NCBI GenBank assembly: GCA_018653485.1
Contig: JABHZE010000002.1
Coordinates: 56,294 to 120,293, forward strand
Source of the DNA: an archaeon
Lineage (GTDB): Archaea; Nanobdellota; Nanobdellia; Pacearchaeales; GW2011-AR1
Length of the DNA: 64,000 nucleotides
Direction: 5' to 3'
A program made the position numbers and the translations under genes. This document shows, piece by piece, positions 48,256 through 56,143 of the stretch. Numbering within the stretch: position 1 is the stretch's first letter; each line of letters opens with the position of its first letter. Below the pieces are notes generated by a model. That model had not been told where the DNA came from. It did not search any database and worked only from the letters and a program-made list of their open reading frames with translations.

Positions 48256-48630
48256 TTAACTTAAAACTAACATTATTTGATTACCTATTTGATCTGCTAA
48301 GTTATCAACTCCAGCCCTAGAAGAATCAACAGTTCCACCTACAGTACTAAAAACAATGAGAATCGCAAGAATCATTAAAACTCCTAAGAGGATTATAATA
48401 ATACTCAAAATCAATCCAATAATAGCAAGAATAGTTTTTTGTTTTCTTAATTGAATTATACAAAAAATTAATCCCAATATTCCTAAAATTAAACCAATAT
48501 ACAATGAAAAAATTAAACCAATGATTGCTAACAAAGATAAGATAAATCCAATTATTCCAATAATCTTACTAGGTTTAGTTACTTCATTTTGAGTTTGCAT
48601 CTGAACATTATTTTTATTATTCATTTCCAT
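48256..48630 (-). CDS. Small membrane protein (DUF4190-like)
   Basis: Gly/Ile-rich TMs, LAIIGLILS. Confidence 0.6.
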   Translation of the reverse strand: MEMNNKNNVQMQTQNEVTKPSKIIGIIGFILSLLAIIGLIFSLYIGLILGILGLIFCIIQLRKQKTILAIIGLILSIIIILLGVLMILAILIVFSTVGGTVDSSRAGVDNLADQIGNQIMLVLS

Positions 48631-48631
48631 T

Positions 48632-49069
48632 TTAATCCTTAAAAAAGTTAACCATTCTATCCCACAAACTTAAACTTGCAATTTCTTCAATAACTTCACC
48701 CTCATCAATATCTAAAACAGGGATAGGGGGAGCAGTAGGAATAACTCCAGAAGCTTCAACACACCTTCCACTTTCACAACCTAATTCACATTCAACATAT
48801 TTAACATTATAACTATTTTGAGATAAACAATAATATTCTTTTAATCTAGTTTCAGTAAGGCATTCATCACTTCCTTTTTCAACATCCCCCATTAAAACAG
48901 TTCCAAAATTAAAATAATCTATTCTATCATCACTTTCATAACAAATAAATTTATCATTACTAATATTTTTAACAACATTTCCAATAACTCCTACAAGTTT
49001 TGGAACCAAAAGTATCAAAAGTATTGTAATCAAAATCAATAAGGCAACAACCCACCATCTCTTTTTCAT
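48632..49069 (-). CDS. Membrane-anchored Cys-rich surface protein
   Basis: N-terminal TM; CYESD..GTV..DEC..LKEYYC..C..GC..GRC six-Cys module. Confidence 0.7.
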   Translation of the reverse strand: MKKRWWVVALLILITILLILLVPKLVGVIGNVVKNISNDKFICYESDDRIDYFNFGTVLMGDVEKGSDECLTETRLKEYYCLSQNSYNVKYVECELGCESGRCVEASGVIPTAPPIPVLDIDEGEVIEEIASLSLWDRMVNFFKD

Positions 49070-49121
49070 ATCTATCCCAATAATCTAGATTATATAAATA
49101 TTGGGATTAGAGAACCAATAA

Positions 49122-49370
49122 TTATCCCCCAAACCACCCCACCTTTTCCCCCTTAGGTAATTTCTTAACAAAACATTCTTTTTTAGAAGCATCAGATCTA
49201 TCCTTACAAACTTTTGTAGCAATTAAACATCCAAACCCCTTCACCTTAACATATTTGCTTCCCTTCCCAGAAGCATGAGCTTTCATTCTATTTTCAATAT
49301 CATTAGTAATACCAGTATAATAAGAACCATCAAGACATTGAAGAATATATACAACCCAGTTTTTTTCCAT
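49122..49370 (-). CDS. GIY-YIG nuclease (UPF0213-like)
   Basis: VYIL.C.DGSYYTGIT, R..H..GKGSKY, conserved E. Confidence 0.9.
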   Translation of the reverse strand: MEKNWVVYILQCLDGSYYTGITNDIENRMKAHASGKGSKYVKVKGFGCLIATKVCKDRSDASKKECFVKKLPKGEKVGWFGG

Positions 49371-49439
49371 TTTATAATTAATTATAATTTAGAAATTATT
49401 TAAATGTTTTAGAAAATCAATTAAAATCTTTAATAAATT

Positions 49440-49751
49440 TTAATTTCTTCTAAGGAAATGTGCTAAAACTACTGAGCGATCAATTGCCCTTAAGGCTTCA
49501 GGAATATTATTTAAAGAATTTAGAGTACAACTAGCTCTTATAATACGGCCTCCAGCCTCCCTATTAATTCCTAAATAAACTCTATCAATTGGATTTCTTG
49601 TAGTTTGAATTCCTGTGGCTTGAATCATTTCCTCAGAATCCATTGGATATAAAAAAGTTCCATAATCTCCACCATCTCTATCATGATGTACCACTGCTGC
49701 TAATTTTCCTCTGAATCTTTCTTCAATCTCTCCCATTAAATAAGTTATCAT
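49440..49751 (-). CDS. Hypothetical protein
   Basis: ORF with upstream TATA-like box; no motif recognised. Confidence 0.6.
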   Translation of the reverse strand: MITYLMGEIEERFRGKLAAVVHHDRDGGDYGTFLYPMDSEEMIQATGIQTTRNPIDRVYLGINREAGGRIIRASCTLNSLNNIPEALRAIDRSVVLAHFLRRN

Positions 49752-49813
49752 TTTGTTTAAAATTAAATAGTTAGATGGTTTTTAAGGATTTGTATAATTA
49801 AAAAATATTTTAG

Positions 49814-49903
49814 AAAAACGCCCCGACCCTACTCACAATCACATTTTTGAAAATAATTGTATTTAGGGATTAAAAATGTAATTGCTCAACCGAACCGGAA
49901 ACC
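49814..49903 (-). repeat. Duplicated tRNA-Ser 3' fragment interrupted by a hairpin
   Basis: 16-bp repeat AAAAACGCCCCGACCC at 49814-49829 and 49929-49944. Confidence 0.7.
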
Positions 49904-49933
49904 GGGTTAGATTCCTATTAGAATTTTTAAAAA

Positions 49934-50014
49934 CGCCCCGACCCGGAATCGAACCGGGAAGCCCAAAAGAGCACTGGTCTCAAGCCAGTTGGAGTACCAT
50001 TGTCCCATCGAGGC
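49934..50014 (-). tRNA. tRNA-Ser (TGA), long variable arm, no encoded CCA
   Basis: GCCTCGA/TCGGGGC acceptor stem, ACTGG-CTTGAGA-CCAGT anticodon arm, GGTTCGATTCC. Confidence 0.93.
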
Positions 50015-50093
50015 GTATGTTTATGCTATTATCAAGCATAATAGAACCTATAACTTCTAGCTTTTAAACTTTTTCTTTAGAGAAAATTCAATC

Positions 50094-50449
50094 TCACCAC
50101 CTTATCTTCTTAATCCTTCTACCTTTTATCTTCCTAGGTGCAGGAGAATCAGGTCTTCCGCAATGAAGTTGGGTAAACCTTTCTTGCTCAACATATTTTT
50201 TTGATTCTGGACCATAAACAACAATTTTTTCAATCTTATAATGAGGATCAGAAGGATCAACTAAAATAAATAAAAATCCTAACTCACCATGATAGTCCTC
50301 GCCCAATTCATTTCTCTTAAAAAACAAACATCTTCTAAAATATATCCTCTTCTGATTTTTTCTTGCAATTCCTCAAAACCTTCATCACAATGAGGCAATC
50401 CTCCATTAACCCTTTTCAACAAATCTGAGGTATTCACTCTCTCTTGCAT
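50094..50449 (-). pseudogene. Two overlapping ORFs, possibly one frameshifted gene
   Basis: ORF 50449-50279 and -1 frame ORF ending 50094 overlap at T TTT TTA. Confidence 0.45.
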
Positions 50450-50567
50450 AATAAATAATAACACTCAAACATTAAAAACTTATCTCTTAACAAATAATCT
50501 CCAACCAAAACTATATTTGGCACAAAAATAAACTCCTAACTAAAGTTAGGTTTGTCTCTATTGATTT

Positions 50568-50595
50568 AAAAAAAGGCCTTAACAAGGTTAAGACC
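50568..50595 (-). terminator. Hairpin plus T7 tract after rpl12
   Basis: GGTCTTAAC-CTT-GTTAAGGCC-TTTTTTT on - strand. Confidence 0.7.
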
Positions 50596-50608
50596 TATTA
50601 AAAAAAGT

Positions 50609-50902
50609 TTAACCAAATAGAGAACTTAGACCTTCTGCAGCTGCTTCTTTCTTTTCCTCTTTAGGTTCTTCAGCAGCAGGTTTTGCTTCTGCTGATTCTC
50701 CAGCTGGAGCCGCACTAGCACTTGCAACAACTGCATTTGCTAACTCAGCATCTATGTCTACATCTTTTAGGCTAGCAATTAAGCTTTTAACCTTGCTGTC
50801 ATCTATATCTGCACCTGTAGCTTTAAGAACACTCATTAGGTTCTCTTCACTAACTTCTTTTCCAAGCTTGTGCAATAATAGAGCTGCATAAACATATTCC
50901 AT
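50609..50902 (-). CDS. rpl12: Ribosomal stalk protein P1 (L12)
   Basis: MEYVYAALLLH, C-terminal EGLSSLFG. Confidence 0.97.
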   Translation of the reverse strand: MEYVYAALLLHKLGKEVSEENLMSVLKATGADIDDSKVKSLIASLKDVDIDAELANAVVASASAAPAGESAEAKPAAEEPKEEKKEAAAEGLSSLFG

Positions 50903-51162
50903 TATTCTTTATCCTCCGGTTGATTTAATTTAAATGTGTATTCAAATGGATATTTAGATTTTCTACCTAATAAATCCATATCATCTAATGCTACCTTTCT
51001 CTCTTCAGAATCTCCCATTAAATATCTATCTATTGCATTTCTATACAATTCTGATTGGATATCTTGTTTTCTCTCTTCAGAATCTCCAGATTGATGAGCC
51101 AATTCTATTAAATCCCATAATTCACTTTCTCTTACTTTTATTTGAAATAATGCATTATTCAT
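50902..51162 (-). CDS. Hypothetical 86-aa protein between rpl10 and rpl12
   Basis: Start and stop overlap both neighbours; GDSEERK occurs twice. Confidence 0.65.
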   Translation of the reverse strand: MNNALFQIKVRESELWDLIELAHQSGDSEERKQDIQSELYRNAIDRYLMGDSEERKVALDDMDLLGRKSKYPFEYTFKLNQPEDKE

Positions 51163-52204
51163 TTTTCTCTTCCTCCTTAACTTCTTCAGAATCATTTTCC
51201 GAATCTTTAGACTCATTAGAATCTGAAATAATTTCTTTTTCCTCTTTAACTTCTTCAGAAGCATTACTTGAATCTTCAGCACTTTCTTCTTTAACTTCTT
51301 CAGCATCTTTTGAATCTTCAACACTTTCTTCTTTAACCTCTTCAACAGGTTGAAGTTTACTCAATCCTTCCCCTTCCATATTAGCTTTAGCTAATAAATA
51401 ACCAATTGTTTCTTTACAATAATAAGCAATCTTTTGTGCAAATCCAAGTGACTTTCCAGCAGCACTTGCTAATTCCATTGCAACTTCTTCAGGATTAATT
51501 TTAATATTAGTATAAATCTTTTCAGTTTCAACATCATAAACAGCAACAGGTTCTAGTCCAATTGTCATTGGTTGAATATTTAATTTTTGTAATAATGATG
51601 CTACTTCTCCACTAATAACTCCACCTTCTGTTACAACAACCTTAGGAGCTTTAATTGCAATCTTTCCATCTTCTACAGCAATTTGAATTCCTAATGCACC
51701 TAATTCTGAAATTGCAGGTCCTGGAACTAAATCTGTGGGCCCATCTTGAACTTCAATATCATCAGGAGCAATTTGACCTGCCTTTGCAAAAACAGGTGTT
51801 TTCTTTTTATTCATTAATCCTGCTAATTCAAATCCATCAATATTTGAAAGAACAAATGCACAATTTTCTTTAATATGACTTTCTAATTCTTTAGCAGATT
51901 CTTTACCTAATCCTTCAAGAGTTCTAAGCATTATATTTTTCTTTGCAACCTTAACATCTGCAGAATCTCTAATCGCCTTTTTAATATCTTGAAATTGTTT
52001 AGAAGGCACTCCTTTAATTGAAACTATCATTAAGGTTTTTGAGCTTTGAATTTTATTAACAAGCTCTGTAACTTGTTTTGCCTTAATAGGTGACTTTGAA
52101 GGATTACTATTTCTGGAAGAAATCGCATCAAAGTCAGTCTTAGAGAATTTTGAGTCTTCTGTCTTTTCAAAATTCTCTATAGGATTATTAGTCTTCTCTG
52201 CCAT
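51155..52204 (-). CDS. rpl10: Ribosomal protein uL10 (P0) with N-terminal insert and acidic tail
   Basis: AKAGQIAP.DI, GPT...PGP, LQKLNIQP. Confidence 0.96.
   Translation of the reverse strand: MAEKTNNPIENFEKTEDSKFSKTDFDAISSRNSNPSKSPIKAKQVTELVNKIQSSKTLMIVSIKGVPSKQFQDIKKAIRDSADVKVAKKNIMLRTLEGLGKESAKELESHIKENCAFVLSNIDGFELAGLMNKKKTPVFAKAGQIAPDDIEVQDGPTDLVPGPAISELGALGIQIAVEDGKIAIKAPKVVVTEGGVISGEVASLLQKLNIQPMTIGLEPVAVYDVETEKIYTNIKINPEEVAMELASAAGKSLGFAQKIAYYCKETIGYLLAKANMEGEGLSKLQPVEEVKEESVEDSKDAEEVKEESAEDSSNASEEVKEEKEIISDSNESKDSENDSEEVKEEEKNE
52086..52183. mobile_element. Candidate 93-nt in-frame palindromic insertion in rpl10
   Basis: Perfect 13-bp and 9-bp inverted repeats bracketed by an ATAGG direct repeat. 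Confidence 0.55.
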
Positions 52205-52205
52205 T

Positions 52206-52841
52206 TTAAATCTCCGTTTTAATAGGCTTACTCATTGTAAATTTAATTTTAACATTTCGAATATTATCTTGTTTTCTAGGAAGATTTTCCAAAATTTTAT
52301 GATAAACAGTTAAAGCATTTTCTACAATTTCTTCATCACTAAGATCTTCTTTTCCAATAGGAATTTTAATACTTGGTTCTTTCACCCTTACTCTAACTGT
52401 TAAATTAATTTTTTCAATTAATTTTTTCATAACAGCTTCTTCTTCATTTGGAACAATTCCTAGCTGAGGTGAAGGCATTTTTCCAACAGGCCCTAAAACT
52501 CTACCAAAAGCTGTTGCAACAGTTGGCATTAATTTAGCATTTGCAATAAAAAAATCATATTCCTTTATTAATTTTTTAATATCCTTTTTTTCCTTATATT
52601 TTGGAAATTCTTCTTTTTTAATAGTATTAACTAGAGTAGAATCTTTTTCAAGAAATCCAGTTATTTTTTTCTCCTTAGCTTTATGAGGTAATTGTATAAA
52701 AATATTAAATGCTTCCCTTCTAACATCAAAATCTTTTAGATTAATAATTAAGTCTACTGTCTGATTAAAATTTCTTTTCTTCTCAGTACTTACTTCTCTA
52801 AGTTTTTTTACAGCTTCTAATAATTTTGTTTCTTCACTCAT
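52206..52841 (-). CDS. rpl1: Ribosomal protein uL1
   Basis: RNFNQTVDL, GRVLGPVGKMP, TMSKP. Confidence 0.96.
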   Translation of the reverse strand: MSEETKLLEAVKKLREVSTEKKRNFNQTVDLIINLKDFDVRREAFNIFIQLPHKAKEKKITGFLEKDSTLVNTIKKEEFPKYKEKKDIKKLIKEYDFFIANAKLMPTVATAFGRVLGPVGKMPSPQLGIVPNEEEAVMKKLIEKINLTVRVRVKEPSIKIPIGKEDLSDEEIVENALTVYHKILENLPRKQDNIRNVKIKFTMSKPIKTEI

Positions 52842-52936
52842 TCTAATTTACCTCCTACCTATGCACTCAAACCATAGAACATTATGTCTGAATGATGTAG
52901 TTATTGGTAGTTTTATGATTCAATTAGGGTTTAAAA
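52842..52936 (-). promoter_or_regulatory. TATA box, hairpin leader and GGAGGT RBS of the rpl1 operon
   Basis: TTTTAAA at 52930-52936; stem 52864-52872 / 52886-52894. Confidence 0.55.
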
Positions 52937-53130
52937 GCCTTTCGGCTTTTAATTTTTTTAATAATATTCATCAGAATATAAAACCCATCTCATTTTTTTC
53001 TAAAAAATATTTTTTAAAATAAAAAATCTATTTTCCAATATATATTTTAGTAAAGAAAGATTTAAATAGAATGTTTGCAATATACTTTTATAAAAATATA
53101 ATTTCAAAAAGGAAAAAGGAGGTTACAAAC

Positions 53131-53340
53131 ATGAAAAAACCAAAGACACCAAAACAATTTGCTGCTAAGATTAAATCTTTGAAGAAAGAGATAACAAAGC
53201 TTGAAAAAGCTAAGAAGGCTGCAGCAAAGGCAAAAAAGGTAGTTAAGAAAAAACCGGCTAAAAAGAAAAAAGCAGCAAAGAAAAAACCGGCTAAAAAGAA
53301 GAAACCTGCTAAGAAAAAAGCTAAGAAGAAAAAAAGATAA
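53131..53340 (+). CDS. 69-aa Lys/Ala/Pro-rich histone H1-like protein
   Basis: GGAGGT RBS, repeated KKKPAKKK, followed by a T-rich terminator. Confidence 0.75.
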   Translation: MKKPKTPKQFAAKIKSLKKEITKLEKAKKAAAKAKKVVKKKPAKKKKAAKKKPAKKKKPAKKKAKKKKR

Positions 53341-53413
53341 TTTTTCCTTTAATTTTTTATTCTTTTTTTTATTTTATACAAATTCATAATTCTCACTAGA
53401 AAAAACTTACAAA

Positions 53414-53860
53414 TCAGATATTTTCTAACTCACTCAAATATTCTTTTATTCTTTCAATTGTTTGAGGAATAATAAATTTTTCAAAATTATTTTCAAAAAT
53501 TTCTCTTAATGAAGAATGTTCAGAAAGATAATATCTATTACCTTCTTTATTGATAAGCATATTGTCACTTAATCTTTTTAATTGTCTTCTAATATTTGAT
53601 TCAGCTAAACCTCTTGAATCTAAACTATATTGTTTTCTTAATTTTTCTACATTATTTGATATCTCATCTTTAGATAATCTTTTTTTATCTTTATTAGCAT
53701 CATTCAAAACAAGCAAGATATCCACAACAACATCTCTTGAATCTCCTAATTGCAATAAACCTAATGATAAGCAAACTTTTCTAACCAATTCTCTTTTCTC
53801 TAATCCAATTGGCTTTTCATATTTTCTTAAAGTAACTTCAGATAATGGTAAATCTTTCAT
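53414..53860 (-). CDS. Hypothetical winged-helix protein
   Basis: AESNIRRQLKRL...LI.K...Y recognition helix and wing; start corrected to 53860. Confidence 0.7.
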   Translation of the reverse strand: MKDLPLSEVTLRKYEKPIGLEKRELVRKVCLSLGLLQLGDSRDVVVDILLVLNDANKDKKRLSKDEISNNVEKLRKQYSLDSRGLAESNIRRQLKRLSDNMLINKEGNRYYLSEHSSLREIFENNFEKFIIPQTIERIKEYLSELENI

Positions 53861-53873
53861 ATGCCTAAGACAA

Positions 53874-53945
53874 CTACGTTTTCTTTGGCGCAACTTTCCT
53901 TAAGAAAGCTACTTTGTAGTTTGTATGTTCCTCCTTTTTTCCCAT
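53874..53945 (-). CDS. Candidate 23-aa upstream ORF
   Basis: MGKKEEHTNYKVAFLRKVAPKKT, stop 13 nt before the next ATG. Confidence 0.3.
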   Translation of the reverse strand: MGKKEEHTNYKVAFLRKVAPKKT

Positions 53946-54008
53946 ATAACACCTTTATATTTATTTAACCACATATAAGCTTATAAATTTACTCACTTTA
54001 ATCAAGTC

Positions 54009-54356
54009 ATGGAATTAATAGCATTAGTAAGTTCAGGAAAAGGAACTTGGGGACAAGTTGCAGGAGTAATCAATAGAGGAGATTGGGAAACCATAACATT
54101 AGTAGGAAATGATTTTGCAAAAAAATTTACAACAGAAAAAGATTTTGAATTTATTGAAACAACAACTTCCTCAATCACTGATTTAAAAGATGAAATCATG
54201 AAAAAGCTTAAAGGAAAAATTAAAGGAACAGAAGTAGCATTATCAATAGCATCAGGTGATGGAAGAGAACACATGGCCTTAATTTCTGCACTTCTAAGTC
54301 TCCCTGTTGGAATAAGATTTACAGTTTTAACAAAAGACGGAATAATTTTTATGTAA
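54009..54356 (+). CDS. Hypothetical alpha/beta protein
   Basis: SSGKGTW loop, SGDGREH; leaderless after TTATAAA. Confidence 0.75.
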   Translation: MELIALVSSGKGTWGQVAGVINRGDWETITLVGNDFAKKFTTEKDFEFIETTTSSITDLKDEIMKKLKGKIKGTEVALSIASGDGREHMALISALLSLPVGIRFTVLTKDGIIFM

Positions 54357-54357
54357 A

Positions 54358-54678
54358 ATGGATGAATTAGGTTTTGCTATTAGTATTGCTGATGAACATG
54401 GTATTAATTCAACAGATGAATTCGCACTGTTATTAGAAAAAACACTTCAATCTCCTAGGTATGATGGTTTTAGGCATTTTGATCCCATTGAAGATACAGA
54501 TGATTTTCAAAGTGATCTTGATGAAGTTATAATAAAAACTCCTTCTGGGGCAAGATTATCTAAACAAGATATTGCAGATAGATTAGTTCATCTCGAAGCA
54601 GGAAATCCTCAGCAAGTAGAGGCTGTTAAGGCTTGGGAATATTTAATGGCATACACTTGTAGATACAGAGGATTTTAA
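54358..54678 (+). CDS. Hypothetical acidic protein
   Basis: Starts 1 nt after the upstream stop; no motif recognised. Confidence 0.6.
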   Translation: MDELGFAISIADEHGINSTDEFALLLEKTLQSPRYDGFRHFDPIEDTDDFQSDLDEVIIKTPSGARLSKQDIADRLVHLEAGNPQQVEAVKAWEYLMAYTCRYRGF

Positions 54679-55640
54679 ATTTTCTGAATCTTCATCTTAT
54701 CCTTATCCTTCCCAATTAAAACAACCCTAGAAAATTCATGATCATCTAAAATTTTATAACCTTCTGATTTTAAACAATCAACAATCTTTTCAGCATATTC
54801 TTTTATCTCCTCAAAATTAGGCATTTCTTCATAACCCATTCTTTCTCTAGCATAACCAACACTCATATACCCTTTAACCTCAATAAAATCAGGTGATGCT
54901 TTCTTAATCATTTTACAATATTCATCTAATTGACTATCAAGCATATTCCTTCCTTTAACAAGAGTCATACGAATAACTTTCCGAGTTTTCAATTCAGAAA
55001 ACAACTCTAAACTTTCATTAAACTTTTTCCAAGCATCTTTAACACTACTTCTATGCCATTTTAAAAATAATTCTTCATTAGGAGCATTCATAGAAAGATA
55101 TAACTGAGTAGGCAAATTTCCATCATTACTTAATTTTTTTAGAACTTCTGGAGATAAACCATTTGTAACTACAAAACTTGTCTTACCTAATTTTCTTAAT
55201 TCATTAATAAATTCACCAAGTTTAGGATAAAGTGTTGGTTCTCCTGTTAAACTAATTGCAAATTGCATAGGTTCTTGAGCTTCTTCAAACTTTTTTAAAT
55301 TAGTCTTAGAATTACCCTTAAAACCTTCAATTAATTTTCTTTGAGCTAAAATACTTTCATTAATAATTTTTTGAGGATTATCAAAATTATCCAATTTTGG
55401 TTCTTCAGTATAATTTAAATCCCTCCAACAATGAATACATTTATTTTGGCAATTAAATAAAGTACAAGAAATTTGAGCACAAAGATGACTTTTAATTCCA
55501 TAAAATTTTTCCTTATAACAAACTCCTTTATCTGTTAAGGATTTTTTTGTCCAGTTACAGATTTTAACAGCACTGTTATTTCCAACTACTCTATACCCTT
55601 GTTTTTCTAAATTCTTTTTAGCTTTTTCTTTATTTATCAT
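54675..55640 (-). CDS. taw1: 4-demethylwyosine synthase (radical SAM)
   Basis: CYKEKFYGIKSH.C, CQNKCIHCWR, SLTGEP, EVKGYM. Confidence 0.95.
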   Translation of the reverse strand: MINKEKAKKNLEKQGYRVVGNNSAVKICNWTKKSLTDKGVCYKEKFYGIKSHLCAQISCTLFNCQNKCIHCWRDLNYTEEPKLDNFDNPQKIINESILAQRKLIEGFKGNSKTNLKKFEEAQEPMQFAISLTGEPTLYPKLGEFINELRKLGKTSFVVTNGLSPEVLKKLSNDGNLPTQLYLSMNAPNEELFLKWHRSSVKDAWKKFNESLELFSELKTRKVIRMTLVKGRNMLDSQLDEYCKMIKKASPDFIEVKGYMSVGYARERMGYEEMPNFEEIKEYAEKIVDCLKSEGYKILDDHEFSRVVLIGKDKDKMKIQKI

Positions 55641-55767
55641 TTTTAATAATTATTCTATTTACTTTAATTAATTTTTCAGGTAACATAAATAAGCAAGAAA
55701 TAAGCCATTTAAAAAATCATTGTTTTCCAATACAAATCATTATAAACTAATTTAACAAATAAAATTC

Positions 55768-56124
55768 ATGAAAAGATTATATTTATCCCAACAACCAGAT
55801 GAAAGATATGAACCATGTTCTAGCCAAGGATTTGGAACATTTGAAGAAGCAGAACGATTAATTTTTGATTATTGTAACTTTTGCACAGAATCAGAATTTA
55901 TTGAACCTGAAAGCCAAAGACCAAAACATAAATGCGATACATTAAATAGATTAAGATTAGCTATGGGAGAGAATTATCCTTCTTGGGATGAAGCTTTTGT
56001 AAAACTCCAAAGAAAAGACGCATTAAGCATTTTTCCTGATACCTCAGAAGAACTTCCATATAGTTTAGTAATTTGCAAAAAATTCAAATCACCACAATTA
56101 GAATTTGCATTTATGACAGAATAA
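55768..56124 (+). CDS. Hypothetical protein, possibly metal-binding
   Basis: CNFC plus three more Cys; leaderless after TTATAAA. Confidence 0.6.
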   Translation: MKRLYLSQQPDERYEPCSSQGFGTFEEAERLIFDYCNFCTESEFIEPESQRPKHKCDTLNRLRLAMGENYPSWDEAFVKLQRKDALSIFPDTSEELPYSLVICKKFKSPQLEFAFMTE

Positions 56125-56143
56125 TGAAAGAATACTTCTAAAT

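Noticed and set aside
49122-49370. Homing endonuclease or mobile intron
   Set aside because: Stand-alone 82-aa UPF0213-type protein with no host intron or DNA-binding extension.
49882-50067. 61-aa ORF
   Set aside because: Antisense to tRNA-Ser.
54030-54050. Walker A call for SSGKGT
   Set aside because: Does not fit GxxxxGK[ST]; protein is short and no Walker B was identified.
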